Assembly (NCBI GenBank): GCA_031459535.1
Contig: JAVKIJ010000001.1
Coordinates: 32,001-96,000, forward strand
DNA: 64,000 nt
Origin: Candidatus Fervidifonticultor quintus
GTDB lineage: Bacteria > Sysuimicrobiota > Sysuimicrobiia > Sysuimicrobiales > Humicultoraceae
Direction: 5' to 3'
This document shows, in pieces, positions 1-10,833 of the stretch. Under the pieces are notes generated by a model. The model ran no database searches. It was not told where the DNA came from and saw only the letters and a list, made by a program, of their open reading frames with translations. Position numbers and translations under genes: made by a program. Numbering within the stretch: the stretch's first letter is position 1; each line of letters begins with the position of its first letter.

Positions 1-2
1 CG

Positions 3-974
3 GCCGTCCTGGCGGTGCTGACGCTCTCTGGCCGCATCGAAGTCTGGCACATCCTGGCGTTCAGCATCGGCGGCGGCATTGCCGGTGCCCTGGACATGCC
101 GGCCCGGCAGTCGTTCATCCCTCACCTGGTCCCCCGCGAGGACCTGACCAACGCCATTGCGCTCAATTCGGCAGCCTTCAACGGTTCACGCATTGTGGGC
201 CCCGCCGCCGCCGGCCTGATCATCAACGCCTTCGGCCCCCGCGGGGGCCCGGGCGTCAGCTTTGCCGTCAACGCCGTCACATACCTGGCCGTGATCAGCG
301 CGTTGCTCGCCATCCGGGTCACCTCGCGCCCCGAGGACGCCGAGCGCAAGCCCGTGTTGCACGATGTCCGCGAAGGACTGGTCTACGCGTGGCATTCCGC
401 CTCCCTGCGCATGTTGCTGGGGCTGCTGGCCGTGGCCGGGACCTTTGGATTCTTCTACGTGGTCTTGCTGCCGGTCTTCGCCCGTGACGTGCTCGGGGTG
501 GAGGCCCGCGGATTCGGGATGCTGATGACCGCCAGCGGGTTCGGGTCGACCATTGGCGCCCTGGGGATCGCCTCGGTGGACCTGGTCAGGCCCTTTGCGG
601 TGATCCTGGGCCTGATGGCGGCGTTCACCGGGTTGCTCGCCGGCTTCGCGCTCACTACCGACTACGCCATGGCCATTGTGCTGATGGTTGCCGTGAGCGG
701 GACCATGACCGCGTTCATGTCAGCCGGCAACACCACGATCCAGCAGATCACGCCCGATGCGCTCCGCGGTCGGCTGATGAGCCTCTACGTGCTGGCGTTG
801 TTTGGCACCGGGCCGCTGGGAGGGCTGCTGGCCGGATCGCTGGCGTCGCTGCTGGGGGCTCAGGTGGCCGTGCTGCTCTCCGCGGCGGTCTGCGGGGTCG
901 CCGCGCTGGCGGGGTGGGTTACGCGCCGCCGGGAGTCCGGGCGGCTGGCCTTCTCACCAGAAGGCCAGCCGTAG
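3..974 (+). CDS. MFS transporter (MFS_3/H+ antiporter-like), 5' truncated
   Basis: Multi-TM hydrophobic ORF with motifs PARQSFIPHLV..NAIALNS and TIQQITPDALRGR; open from the window start. Confidence 0.85.
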   Translation, partial: AVLAVLTLSGRIEVWHILAFSIGGGIAGALDMPARQSFIPHLVPREDLTNAIALNSAAFNGSRIVGPAAAGLIINAFGPRGGPGVSFAVNAVTYLAVISALLAIRVTSRPEDAERKPVLHDVREGLVYAWHSASLRMLLGLLAVAGTFGFFYVVLLPVFARDVLGVEARGFGMLMTASGFGSTIGALGIASVDLVRPFAVILGLMAAFTGLLAGFALTTDYAMAIVLMVAVSGTMTAFMSAGNTTIQQITPDALRGRLMSLYVLALFGTGPLGGLLAGSLASLLGAQVAVLLSAAVCGVAALAGWVTRRRESGRLAFSPEGQP

Positions 975-1306
975 CATCGCAGGTCTACCGTGCCGGTGCG
1001 GCTGAACCGGACGCCCTCTTGGGCCAACCGGCGGCGCTGCGCCCCGGCTGATGGCCGCGGCGCAATGGTGCCGTCGCCGCGGATCACCCGCCACCAGGGT
1101 ACAGCCTGACCGCGCGGGACCGATGCCATCGCCCAGCCCACCGTCCGGGCGCCACCATGCAGCCCGGCGAGGCGCGCGACCTCGCCGTAGGTCGTGACCC
1201 GGCCGCGCGGTACTTGCAGGACGATGCGGTAGATCTGCTGGAACAGCGAGTGCGCCGGCCCGCCTGCGCGGGATGGGCCCGTGCCGCCTACCGAGCGACC
1301 AGCCAT
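860..1306 (-). CDS. Alkyltransferase-like (ATL/YbaZ, MGMT family) DNA-binding protein
   Basis: VPRGRVTTYGEVA..ARTVGWAM..VPWWRV; Trp replaces the active Cys of PCHRV. Confidence 0.85.
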   Translation of the reverse strand: MAGRSVGGTGPSRAGGPAHSLFQQIYRIVLQVPRGRVTTYGEVARLAGLHGGARTVGWAMASVPRGQAVPWWRVIRGDGTIAPRPSAGAQRRRLAQEGVRFSRTGTVDLRCYGWPSGEKASRPDSRRRVTHPASAATPQTAAESSTAT

Positions 1307-1863
1307 CCCGCGTCCGGCGCCCGGTCCGCGCAGCCACGCGCGCAGGCGGTCTTCGATCCCACGTACAGGCTCTGGGCGGCGATGCCGAGCCGGCGCGTCG
1401 CCGGGTTGGGTGGTGAGTCGCCGGGTACCGTCACCGTGATCACCGTTGGGGCCGTCCGCTGCACGGCCAGGGGTTCAAAGGCCGACCCGGGGCCTTCAAT
1501 GAACAGGGCCAGCGTCCCGCGCGCGTACCGTACCCGGCCCGTGTAGTTGGCTCTGCCGTCGCCATCGGTGTCGAACAGGATCAGCAGGCGGTGGGGCGTC
1601 CCTTCGGCCAGCAGCCGCGCATCCCAGCGGGTCCAGGTGGTGATCGTGATGTGTAGAATCGCTGCGCCTGGGGCCGATCGTCTGGCCTCCAGCCGGCGCA
1701 GGTCGAGGGGGCCGGTCCCGCGCCCATCGGCGACCGAGGCGACGAACGTCGCGGCCGCGGCCACCCCGCCACCGTCTGGCCAGACGGGACTGATCACCAC
1801 CATCGTGGCGATGGCGCCGATGACAATCGTTGAACACAGCCTAGTGTTGGTCACGATGCGCAT
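1288..1863 (-). CDS. Hypothetical secreted protein
   Basis: Hydrophobic N-terminal signal-like segment, DTDGDG motif, directly downstream of sdhB; start uncertain. Confidence 0.55.
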   Translation of the reverse strand: MRIVTNTRLCSTIVIGAIATMVVISPVWPDGGGVAAAATFVASVADGRGTGPLDLRRLEARRSAPGAAILHITITTWTRWDARLLAEGTPHRLLILFDTDGDGRANYTGRVRYARGTLALFIEGPGSAFEPLAVQRTAPTVITVTVPGDSPPNPATRRLGIAAQSLYVGSKTACARGCADRAPDAGWLVAR

Positions 1864-1871
1864 GCGGCCGT

Positions 1872-2570
1872 CTACAGGCGCCGGGCCAGGATCGCCCGCT
1901 TGACGTCCTGGATGGCCCGGGTCACGTCTATACCGCGCGGGCACGCGTCGGTGCAGTTGAAGGTCGTCTTACAGCGAAAGACACCTGACTTCTCGGCCAG
2001 GATCTCTAGACGCTCGGGTGCGCCCTGATCGCGGCTGTCGAAGATGAAGCGGTGGGCGTTCACGATGGCCGCAGGCCCCACGTACTCGCCGTCCGCCCAG
2101 AAAATGGGGCAGGCGGTGGTGCAGCACGCGCAGAGGATGCACTTGGTTGAATCGTCGAACCGCTGACGGTCTTCCGGGCTCTGCAACCGCTCCCGCTCGG
2201 GCGCGGGCTCGTCATTGATGAGATAGGGTAGCACCGCCCGGTACGTGGCGAAGAACGGCTCCATGTCCACGACCAGGTCCTTGATCACCCGCATGCCGCG
2301 GATCGGCTCCACGCGGACCCCGCGGCCGCAGTCGCGGATCAGCACCTTGCAGGCCAACCGGTTCCTGCCATTGATCATCATGGCGTCCGAGCCGCAGATC
2401 CCGTGCGCGCACGACCGACGCAGGGTTAGCGTGCCGTCGATGTGCCACTTGATGTAGTGCAGTCCGTCCAGGACCCGATCGGTGGGGGCGACCGGCACAT
2501 CGTACGTCTCCCAGCGCGGCGCCCGATCGCGCTCGGGGTCGAACCGCTTGACTGTGAACTGAACGCCCAT
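1872..2570 (-). CDS. sdhB: Succinate dehydrogenase iron-sulfur subunit
   Basis: RRSCAHGICGSD, CILCACCTTAC and CKTTFNCTDAC Fe-S motifs. Confidence 0.97.
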   Translation of the reverse strand: MGVQFTVKRFDPERDRAPRWETYDVPVAPTDRVLDGLHYIKWHIDGTLTLRRSCAHGICGSDAMMINGRNRLACKVLIRDCGRGVRVEPIRGMRVIKDLVVDMEPFFATYRAVLPYLINDEPAPERERLQSPEDRQRFDDSTKCILCACCTTACPIFWADGEYVGPAAIVNAHRFIFDSRDQGAPERLEILAEKSGVFRCKTTFNCTDACPRGIDVTRAIQDVKRAILARRL

Positions 2571-2572
2571 GC

Positions 2573-4303
2573 TCAGTACTTCCTCTCCGTGGGCTGGAAC
2601 CGGGTGATGACCACCGGCTTGTGGCGGAACGTGTGGTTGCCGTCGTTCTGTCTGTAGATCAGCGCGTGTGTTAGCCAGTTGGCGTCGTCGCGCCTGGGAT
2701 AGTCCTCGCGGAAGTGCCCGCCGCGGCTCTCGGTGCGGTGGAGGCACGAGGCGATGGTGGCCTCCGCCAGGTCGAGCAGCGCGCCCAGCTCCAGCGCCTC
2801 GAGCAGGTCGGTGTTGTATCGCCGCCCGTGGTCGTCGATCTTGACCCGGGCATAGCGGTCCTTGAGGCTGCCGAGTTCAGCCCACGCTGCCTGGAGCCCT
2901 TCGGCGGTGCGGAACACGCCGACCTTGTCCATCATCATCTCCTGCAGCTCGGCACGGATTCTGGCTACCGACTCGCCAGACGGGCGGGCGAGGATACGGT
3001 CGATGCACTCCCGCACCTCTGAGTCGGGGTTGGCGGCCAGCACCGGCACCCGGGTCTCGCCCCGCACGAACCGGGCCATGTGCCGGCCGGCCCGTCGCCC
3101 GAACACGAGGATGTCCATCAGCGAGTTGGTGCCCAGGCGGTTGGCGCCGTGCACCGAGACGCAGGCGCACTCCCCGGCTGCGTAGAGTCCCGGAACGGGG
3201 GTGTTGTGCTCGTCGGTGATCACCTGGGCGTCAATGGTGGTGGGGATGCCGCCCATGGCGTAGTGCGCCGTGGGCTGGACGGGCACGGGCTCCCTGGCGG
3301 GATCGATGCCCTGGTAGACGCGCACGAACTCGGTGATGTCTGGCAGCTTGTGCTCCAGCACGTCGCGGCCCAGGTGCCGGAAGTCCAGGTAGACGTAGTC
3401 CTGGCCGCCGATGCCTCGGCCCTCGCGGATCTCCTGGTAGATGCAGCGCGAGCAGATGTCCCGCGGCGCCAGGTCTTTGAGGGTGGGCGAGTAGCGCTCC
3501 ATGAACCGCTCGCCCCGATCGTTCAGGAAGACCGCCCCCTCACCGCGGGCCGCCTCGGAGAGCAGGATGCCCATCTTGTAGATCCCGGTGGGATGGAACT
3601 GGAAGAACTCCATGTCCATCAGGGGCAATCCACGCCGCCAGGCGGCTGCGACCCCTTCGCCGGTGAGGGCGTGCGCGTTGCTGGTGACCTTGAAGATGCG
3701 GCCGAACCCGCCAACGGCCAGCAGCACGGCCCTGGCGTGGAACGTGTGCAGCTCGCCGGAGTCAATGTGGTAGGCCACCACCCCGACGCACGCGCCGTCC
3801 TCGATCAGCAGATCCAGCACCTGGAACTCGTTGAAGAACGTGATGTCGTGCTTGATGCACTGCTGGTAGAGGGTCTGGAGGATCATGTGGCCGGTCCGGT
3901 CGGCCGCATGGCAGGCCCGCATGACGGGCCCGGCGCCGAAGTGGTGCGTGTGCCCCCCGAACCGCCGCTGGGCGATCTTTCCGTCCGGCGTCCGGTCGAA
4001 CGGCAGGCCCCAGTGCTCGAGCTCGTAGACGATCTCCACCGACTCGCGGCACATGACCTCGGCCGCGTCCTGATCGACCAGATAGTCACCGCCCTTGACG
4101 GTGTCGAACATGTACCATTCCCACGAGTCTTCTTCCATGTTGCCCAGCGGGGCGGCGATCCCGCCCTGGGCCGTGCCGGTGTGCGAGCGGGTCGGATACA
4201 GTTTGGTGATCACCGCCACCTTGAGGCCAGCCAGCTCGATGGCGGCCCGCAGGCCAGCGCCCCCGGCGCCGACGATCACCGCGTCGTACGTGTGGGTGGG
4301 CAT
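2573..4303 (-). CDS. sdhA: Succinate dehydrogenase flavoprotein subunit
   Basis: GAGGAG, RSHTGTAQGG (FAD-His), QFHPTG, HYAMGG, HGANRLGTNSL. Confidence 0.98.
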   Translation of the reverse strand: MPTHTYDAVIVGAGGAGLRAAIELAGLKVAVITKLYPTRSHTGTAQGGIAAPLGNMEEDSWEWYMFDTVKGGDYLVDQDAAEVMCRESVEIVYELEHWGLPFDRTPDGKIAQRRFGGHTHHFGAGPVMRACHAADRTGHMILQTLYQQCIKHDITFFNEFQVLDLLIEDGACVGVVAYHIDSGELHTFHARAVLLAVGGFGRIFKVTSNAHALTGEGVAAAWRRGLPLMDMEFFQFHPTGIYKMGILLSEAARGEGAVFLNDRGERFMERYSPTLKDLAPRDICSRCIYQEIREGRGIGGQDYVYLDFRHLGRDVLEHKLPDITEFVRVYQGIDPAREPVPVQPTAHYAMGGIPTTIDAQVITDEHNTPVPGLYAAGECACVSVHGANRLGTNSLMDILVFGRRAGRHMARFVRGETRVPVLAANPDSEVRECIDRILARPSGESVARIRAELQEMMMDKVGVFRTAEGLQAAWAELGSLKDRYARVKIDDHGRRYNTDLLEALELGALLDLAEATIASCLHRTESRGGHFREDYPRRDDANWLTHALIYRQNDGNHTFRHKPVVITRFQPTERKY

Positions 4304-4320
4304 ACGTTGTCAGCGCTCCC

Positions 4321-5745
4321 TCAGAGCCCGCCGCCCGGCATGCCCCGCAGACCGGGCTCGGTCATTGGCTCGGGGTCGAGCAGCTCCGCCAGCTTCTCGG
4401 CGGAGAGGACGCCGCGCTCGAGCGCGACCTCGCGGATGGTGCGGTCAGTCCGCGCCGCTTCCTTGGCGATCTCTGCAGCGGCGTCGTAGCCGATGGCCGG
4501 GGCGAGGGCCGTGGCCAGCATCAGCCCGCGCTCGACCATCTCCGGCCCACGTCCGGTGGGCTGGAGCCCGACGATGCACTGCCGGGCGAAGTTGCGCGAC
4601 ACCGCGGCAAGCAGCGAGATGGCGTTGAGCAGGTTGAGCGCTATGACAGGCATCATGGTGTTGAGTTCGAAGTTGCCGGCCTGGTTGCCCAGGGAGACGA
4701 CCACGTCGTTGCCCACGACCTGGGCGGCGGCCTGGATGACGGACTCGGCGATGACCGGGTTGACCTTCCCGGGCATGATCGACGAGCCCGGCTGCACGGC
4801 CGGCAGCACCAGCTCCCCCAGGCCCGCGCGGGGGCCCGAGCCCATCCACCGGATGTCGTTGGCGATCTTGTACAACGCGGTGGCGTAGCCCTTCAGCACG
4901 CCCGAGGCGAAGGTCACGGCGTCCAGGCAGGCCTGGGCCTGGAAGTGCGCCCTGGTCTCCCAGATCTGGACGCCGGTGCGTTGTGAGAGCCTGGCGCACA
5001 CCCGGGCCGCGAACTCGGGATGGGCGTTGATGCCCGAACCCACCGCGGTCCCGCCCAGGGCCACCTCGCCGAGTTCCGCCACGGCGTACTGGAGCCGACG
5101 GCGAGCGGCGGCGACCTGATCGGCATATCCCTGGAACTCCTGGCCCAGGCGCACCGGCGTGGCGTCCATGAGGTGGGTGCGGCCGGTCTTGATGATGCCC
5201 CACCATGCCGTGGCCTTCTCGCGCAGGGCGGCCTCCAGTTCGTCGAGAGCCGGGCGTAACTCGTCCTTGATCGCCAGCAAGGCCGACAGGTGGATGGCCG
5301 TCGGGATGACATCGTTGCTGGACTGGCAGAGGTTGACGTGGTCGTTGGGGTGCACGACCTTGGCGCCGCGGCCGGCGCCGAGCATCTCGGCCGCGCGGTT
5401 GGCAATCACCTCGTTGGCGTTCATGTTGGTGGACGTGCCCGACCCGGTCTGGTAGATGTCCAGGGGGAAGTGTGCGTCCAGGGCGCCGTCGGCTACCTCC
5501 GCCGCGGCCTGGGCGATTGCCTCCGCAATCCGACGGTCCAACAGACCCAGGTCGGCGTTGACCTCGGCGGCGGCACCCTTGATGAGGCCCAGCGCCTTGA
5601 TGAAGACCCGCGGGAAGCGCTCCTTGCTGATGAGGAAGTTCTGGACGGCCCGGGCCGTCGACGCGCCATAGTAGGCGTCCGCCGGCACCTCCATGGGGCC
5701 CAGCGAGTCCCGCTCGACGCGGGTCGTCTTGTCGGAGGGTATCAT
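4321..5745 (-). CDS. fumC: Class II fumarate hydratase
   Basis: QTGSGTSTNMNANEV, GRTHLMDA, GSSIMPGKVNP; SD GAGGTG upstream of ATG 5745. Confidence 0.93.
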   Translation of the reverse strand: MIPSDKTTRVERDSLGPMEVPADAYYGASTARAVQNFLISKERFPRVFIKALGLIKGAAAEVNADLGLLDRRIAEAIAQAAAEVADGALDAHFPLDIYQTGSGTSTNMNANEVIANRAAEMLGAGRGAKVVHPNDHVNLCQSSNDVIPTAIHLSALLAIKDELRPALDELEAALREKATAWWGIIKTGRTHLMDATPVRLGQEFQGYADQVAAARRRLQYAVAELGEVALGGTAVGSGINAHPEFAARVCARLSQRTGVQIWETRAHFQAQACLDAVTFASGVLKGYATALYKIANDIRWMGSGPRAGLGELVLPAVQPGSSIMPGKVNPVIAESVIQAAAQVVGNDVVVSLGNQAGNFELNTMMPVIALNLLNAISLLAAVSRNFARQCIVGLQPTGRGPEMVERGLMLATALAPAIGYDAAAEIAKEAARTDRTIREVALERGVLSAEKLAELLDPEPMTEPGLRGMPGGGL

Positions 5746-5809
5746 GATCCGCTCACCTCGAAGCACTTCACCTGATGTCGCGCCCCACTCTGCGCTCGAG
5801 ACGCCACCT

Positions 5810-6208
5810 CTACCGTCCCGCGGCCGGAGGCTGAAACGAGAAGAGCACCACGGCCCCCGCCGACAGGAACACCACTCCCACGATCCACAGGGCGACCTCG
5901 GCCGCCAGGCGCCAGAGGCGGTGATGGATGTAATCGTCCAGGATGCCGCGCAGGCCCACCAGCCCGTGCGACAGGGCAAAGACGAGGATGACCAGGTCGT
6001 AGATCCGCCAGAACGGGCCGGCGAAGCGCCGGGCGACGAACTCGAAGTCAATAGTCTCGGTCGAGTTGATGACGTGCATGATGTAGAGATGGCCGATTAC
6101 CAAGGCGATCATGCCGACGGCAGAGATGCGCATATACAGCCACAGCGCCAGCGGCAGCCCGCCGGCAGGCCGCGCCCGATACCCTGCCCCGGGGCCGGTG
6201 TGCCTCAT
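5810..6208 (-). CDS. sdhD: Succinate dehydrogenase hydrophobic membrane anchor
   Basis: [27 protein letters not shown]; start overlaps sdhC stop. Confidence 0.9.
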   Translation of the reverse strand: MRHTGPGAGYRARPAGGLPLALWLYMRISAVGMIALVIGHLYIMHVINSTETIDFEFVARRFAGPFWRIYDLVILVFALSHGLVGLRGILDDYIHHRLWRLAAEVALWIVGVVFLSAGAVVLFSFQPPAAGR

Positions 6209-6561
6209 CGAAGGCCCACCACGCCGCCCAGCACGAAGTACGCCACCGGCAGCAGCAGTGCCGCATAGACCCCGGCGCCGATCCAGAACATCCGCCGGTA
6301 GGTCCGCGACGGCGTTGGGAGGACATCCAGAATCATGACCAACACCCCGTTGCCGGCATGGTAAAGTACCGCGGCGACCAGCAGGAACTCCAGCGGTTTG
6401 AACCATGGCTGCCGGTAGAGGTCGAGCGCCCGGTTGTAGGCCTGGGGGCTCACGGTGACCATGGAGGTTTCTACGATGTGCAGCAGCAGAAAGACCAGCA
6501 CGGCGATGCCGGTAATGCGGTGGAGAACCCAGGCCAGCATGCCCGGATGGCCCCGGTACAC
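6205..6561 (-). CDS. sdhC: Succinate dehydrogenase cytochrome b556 subunit
   Basis: [21 protein letters not shown], three TM helices. Confidence 0.92.
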   Translation of the reverse strand: MYRGHPGMLAWVLHRITGIAVLVFLLLHIVETSMVTVSPQAYNRALDLYRQPWFKPLEFLLVAAVLYHAGNGVLVMILDVLPTPSRTYRRMFWIGAGVYAALLLPVAYFVLGGVVGLR

Positions 6562-6735
6562 GGATCGACCTCCAGCGCAGAGATGATGGCAGCCTCTTTC
6601 GGTATGTGCGCGCGGCCTTCCTTTCAGCGGCAGTACCGATGCCGGCGTTCATCGGAATTCTTGATGAGTCCGGCGGCCCACGGTAGAGTTGAGTCGAATT
6701 GTCCCCATTCCACCCGCAAAGGAGCGCTACCGTCT

Positions 6736-8097
6736 ATGCAGGCTACTGACCGCGTCCTTCGCGAAGCCGATGCGGCCCGGGACGAAGCCCTGGAGCTGGC
6801 CTCGGCCCTCGTCCGCTTCGACACCACCAATACCGGCGTCCCGGACTCCGGCCACGAGACCCAGGTCGCCGAGTTCCTGGACAGATACTTTCGGCGCGGG
6901 GGCATCAGGGATGTCCACCTGCTCGGACGGTCCCCGTCCCGGCAGAACGTGGTCGCCACGCTGCCGGGCCGCACCCGGCGCTGTGGTCTGTTGCTCATGT
7001 GCCACAGCGATGTGGTGCCGGCCGGCGACCGCAGCCTGTGGAAGAGTGATCCCTTCGCGCCCACGCTCCGCGGCGGACGGCTGTACGGCCGGGGCGCGGC
7101 CGATATGAAGGGTACGGTCGCGGCCATGGCGACCGCGCTGGTGGTCGCGCACCGGCTGCGCCTGTCGCACCACGAAGGCGTTCGCTTCATCTGCGGGGCC
7201 GACGAGGAGGCCGGCGGGGCCTGGGGATTCGGATGGTTGCTGACCAATCACCCCGATCTGCTGCGGGCACGGTTTGCCTTCAACGAAGGGGGCGGACGGC
7301 CGCACCTGGCGGACAGCGGTATCTACTACGGTCTCGCCTGGGGCGAGAAGGGTCGGTACGAGGCGCACGTGACGTTCCAGGGCCGCGGCGCCCATGCCGC
7401 GTCGCCGTGGCGCGGCCGGAACGCCGTGGCGGCGGCTGCAGAGTTTGTCCGGCGCGTGACCGCCTCGCCGCCGCCGCCGACCGTGGACCGGTCTCTGGTG
7501 GGCGCGTACGCGCCGCTGGCCGGCAGGATACCCACCGACCCACGGCGCCTCGACCGGTTCCTGGAGGTCCTGAATCGGACGGACGAACCCCTGGCCACAG
7601 AGCTGCGCGCGCTCACCCGCCTGACGATCACGCCCACCATCGTGCGCGGCGGCAACAAGTCCAACAGCGTCCCCGACCACGCCGAGGTGATCTGCGACCT
7701 GCGCTCGCTGCCAAGCCACCGCCGGCCTGAGATGCTCCAGCACCTGCGCGCGGCCGCCCGCGGCCTGGGCGCCCGGGTGGCCCTGGTGACTACTGCGGCC
7801 CCCAGCGCGACGAAACCGTCGGCCGCGCAGGTGCGCTTCGTACGCCAAGCCCTGGAGGCAGCGCTGGGCCGGGAGGTCTCGGTATTTCCCACGCTGACCA
7901 TCGGGTTTACCGACTCGCGGTTTGCGCGGGCCGTCGGCACCCCGGTGGTCGGATTCGCTCCCAGACGCCCGGGACGGGCCGAGCCCGAGCGGGCGCACGG
8001 CGCCAACGAGTCGATCCACGTGGAGGATCTGCACCTGCAGCTCCGGTTCTACGCGGCGGCGCTGGCGGGCTGGGCGGCCGCGGGGGAATCGCCTTGA
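6736..8097 (+). CDS. M20 family metallopeptidase/deacylase (ArgE/DapE-like)
   Basis: [27 protein letters not shown]. Confidence 0.9.
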   Translation: MQATDRVLREADAARDEALELASALVRFDTTNTGVPDSGHETQVAEFLDRYFRRGGIRDVHLLGRSPSRQNVVATLPGRTRRCGLLLMCHSDVVPAGDRSLWKSDPFAPTLRGGRLYGRGAADMKGTVAAMATALVVAHRLRLSHHEGVRFICGADEEAGGAWGFGWLLTNHPDLLRARFAFNEGGGRPHLADSGIYYGLAWGEKGRYEAHVTFQGRGAHAASPWRGRNAVAAAAEFVRRVTASPPPPTVDRSLVGAYAPLAGRIPTDPRRLDRFLEVLNRTDEPLATELRALTRLTITPTIVRGGNKSNSVPDHAEVICDLRSLPSHRRPEMLQHLRAAARGLGARVALVTTAAPSATKPSAAQVRFVRQALEAALGREVSVFPTLTIGFTDSRFARAVGTPVVGFAPRRPGRAEPERAHGANESIHVEDLHLQLRFYAAALAGWAAAGESP

Positions 8098-8166
8098 ACC
8101 CTGCGTGTGCCGGCGATAGAGTTGAACCAGCGCGACCCATCCGCTTTGCAGGAGACGACTGACATC

Positions 8167-9099
8167 ATGATCAAGCGCCCCAAAGTGTCCATTGTCGGCG
8201 CGGGGACTGTGGGAACCGCCGCCGCCCACTGGATCGCCAGCCTCGAGCTGGCCGACGTGGTCCTGACCGACATCGTCGAAGGGTTGCCGCAGGGCAAGGC
8301 GCTCGATATCCTCCAGGCCGGGCCGATCGCCGGGTTCGACGTCAGGCTCACCGGGAGCAACGACTATGCGGCGACCGCCGGTTCTGACATCGTCATCATC
8401 ACCGCCGGGATCGCCCGCAAGCCCGGCATGACCCGGGAACAGCTCATCGACACCAACGCCGGCATCGTCCGGTCGGTCATCGAGCCGGCGGTGGCGGCCT
8501 CACCCGATGCCGTCCTCATCATGCTGACTAACCCTCTCGATCCCATGACCTATCTGGCCTACCGGGTGTCCGGGTTGCCTCGCACGCGCGTCGTGGGCCA
8601 GTCGGGCTCGCTGGACTCCACCCGCTTCCGGACCTTTCTCGCCATGGAGCTGGGGGTCTCCGTCGAGGACATTACCGGCATGGTCATCGGCGCCCATACC
8701 GACAAGGACATGGTGCCGCTGCCTCGGCTGGCCACGGTGCGCGGGATTCCCATCTCGCACTTTCTGTCCCAGGAACGGATTGACCACGTGGTGGCACGGA
8801 CCCGACGGGGCGGCGCGGAGATTACCGAGTTGATGAAGGCCAGCGGCTTCACCGCAGCCGGCGCGGCCCTGTGCGAGATGGTCGAGGCCATCGTCCGGGA
8901 CAAGAAGCGCTTGATCCCCAGCTGCGTCTACCTCGACGGCGAGTACGGTCAGCGCGACGTGTGCGTCGGCGTCCCGGTGGTGCTGGGGGCGGGCGGGGTG
9001 GAGAAGATCATCGAGATCCCCCTGGACGCGGCGGAGCAGGCGGCGTTTGCGGCCTCGGTGAATGCCGTGCGGGAGATGCTGCCGGCCCTGAAGCTGTAG
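8167..9099 (+). CDS. mdh: Malate dehydrogenase (LDH-like)
   Basis: GAGTVG, TAGIARKPGMTRE, TNPLD, LDSTRF. Confidence 0.93.
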   Translation: MIKRPKVSIVGAGTVGTAAAHWIASLELADVVLTDIVEGLPQGKALDILQAGPIAGFDVRLTGSNDYAATAGSDIVIITAGIARKPGMTREQLIDTNAGIVRSVIEPAVAASPDAVLIMLTNPLDPMTYLAYRVSGLPRTRVVGQSGSLDSTRFRTFLAMELGVSVEDITGMVIGAHTDKDMVPLPRLATVRGIPISHFLSQERIDHVVARTRRGGAEITELMKASGFTAAGAALCEMVEAIVRDKKRLIPSCVYLDGEYGQRDVCVGVPVVLGAGGVEKIIEIPLDAAEQAAFAASVNAVREMLPALKL

Positions 9100-9121
9100 G
9101 CACCGCGCCGTGAGGGGCCTC

Positions 9122-9727
9122 ATGGTTGTCGAACCCGTGGTGCTCCAGGGAGCGCACGTGCGCCTGGAGCCCCTGTCGCTCCACCACCACACCGCGCTGG
9201 TGCAGGTCGGGCTGGACGAAGAGCTGCTCAGGTGGACCGAGGCGTACCCGCCGGCACCAGAGGGGCTGCGGGCCTACATCGAAGCCGCCCTGCAGCTCCA
9301 GGCAGAGGGGACCGCGCTTCCCTTTGCCGTCATTAGCACGGCGGACGGCCGGGCGGTGGGGAGCACCCGCTACGGCAACATCGAGCGCGCCCACCGTCGT
9401 GTCGAGATCGGCTGGACCTGGTACGGGCGGGCCTGGCAGCGCACGGCGGTCAACACCGAGTCGAAGTACCTGCTGCTCGCCCACGCGTTCGAGACCCTGG
9501 GATGCATTCGCGTGGAGTTCAAGACCGACGCGCTGAACGAACGCTCCCGCCGGGCTCTGCTGCGGATCGGGGCAAAGGAAGAGGGGATCTTCCGGCACCA
9601 CATGATCCTGCCCAGCGGGCGCGTCAGGGACACGGTCTACTACAGCATCATTGACGATGAGTGGCCGGCGGTGCGGGCCCACCTTCAGACCCTGCTCGCG
9701 AGCCGCGCCCCAAGGAGCCCAACATGA
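9122..9727 (+). CDS. GNAT family N-acetyltransferase (RimJ/RimL-like)
   Basis: VEIGWTWY..TAVNTESKYLLL..RVEFKTD..N.RSRRA. Confidence 0.88.
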   Translation: MVVEPVVLQGAHVRLEPLSLHHHTALVQVGLDEELLRWTEAYPPAPEGLRAYIEAALQLQAEGTALPFAVISTADGRAVGSTRYGNIERAHRRVEIGWTWYGRAWQRTAVNTESKYLLLAHAFETLGCIRVEFKTDALNERSRRALLRIGAKEEGIFRHHMILPSGRVRDTVYYSIIDDEWPAVRAHLQTLLASRAPRSPT

Positions 9728-10833
9728 AGCTTCACGAGTTCCAGGCCAAGGAGATCTTCGCCAGGTATGGCATCCCGATTCAGAAGGGCGCCGTGATCGA
9801 GCGCCCTGAACAGGTGGACGGCCTGGAGATCCCCTACCCCGTGGTCCTGAAGGCCCAGGTCCTGGTCGGCGGCCGCGGCAAAGCGGGCGGGATCAAGCTG
9901 GCCCATACCCCCCCCGAGGCCAGGGAGAAGGCCGCGCAGATCCTCGGCATGGACATCAAGGGCGAGCGGGTCAGACGCCTGCTGGTGGTCGAGGCCGCCA
10001 ACATCGGCGCCGAGTACTACCTGGCCTTCACCGTGGACCGCAGCGCGCGCCGGCTGGTGTGCATCGGGTCGGCTGCCGGCGGCGTGGACATCGAGGAAGT
10101 GGCCCGAACCACGCCAGAGAAGATCGCCAAGATCCCCATTGATCCCTTCGTGGGCTTCAGACCCTTCATGGCCCGCGAGATGGGCCGAAAACTGGGGTTT
10201 GCGGGAGATGCCCTCCTACAGTTCGCGTCCATCGCCACGGCGCTGGGGCGGCTTTGCACCGAGATGGACGCCGAACTGGCAGAGATCAACCCACTGGCCG
10301 TGGTCGACGGCTCCCTGCTGGCCATTGATGCCAAGCTGATCATCGACGACAACGCCACGTTCCGGCATGACGATCTGCCTCGCAATGAGGAGATGACCGA
10401 GCTCGAAGCCATGGCGAGGGCGCACGACCTCTCGTACGTGGAGCTGGACGGCGACATCGCCGTGATCGGCAACGGGGCGGGGCTGGTCATGTCCACCCTG
10501 GACATGATCGCGCACTTCGGGGGCAAGCCGGCCAACTTCCTGGACGTGGGCGGCGGCGCCACCACCGAGAACATGACCCAGGCCATGACCATTGTGTTGC
10601 GCAAGCCAGGCGTGCGAGCACTGCTGGTCAATATCTTCGGGGGTATCACCCGTTGTGACGACATCGCCCGCGCCATCGCGGCGCAGCCGCCCAGGGTGCC
10701 GATGGTGGTCCGTCTCACCGGGACCAACGAAGCAGAAGGCCGCGCGATCCTCGAGGCGGCCAAGATCCACGCGCACACCGATCCGGAACCCGCGGCCCGG
10801 GAGGTCGTGGCGCTGGCCGCCGGAGCGCGCTAG
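9724..10833 (+). CDS. sucC: Succinyl-CoA synthetase beta subunit
   Basis: MKLHEFQAK, KAQVLVGGRGKAGG, EINPL, NGAGLVMST, ANFLDVGGG. Confidence 0.95.
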   Translation: MKLHEFQAKEIFARYGIPIQKGAVIERPEQVDGLEIPYPVVLKAQVLVGGRGKAGGIKLAHTPPEAREKAAQILGMDIKGERVRRLLVVEAANIGAEYYLAFTVDRSARRLVCIGSAAGGVDIEEVARTTPEKIAKIPIDPFVGFRPFMAREMGRKLGFAGDALLQFASIATALGRLCTEMDAELAEINPLAVVDGSLLAIDAKLIIDDNATFRHDDLPRNEEMTELEAMARAHDLSYVELDGDIAVIGNGAGLVMSTLDMIAHFGGKPANFLDVGGGATTENMTQAMTIVLRKPGVRALLVNIFGGITRCDDIARAIAAQPPRVPMVVRLTGTNEAEGRAILEAAKIHAHTDPEPAAREVVALAAGAR

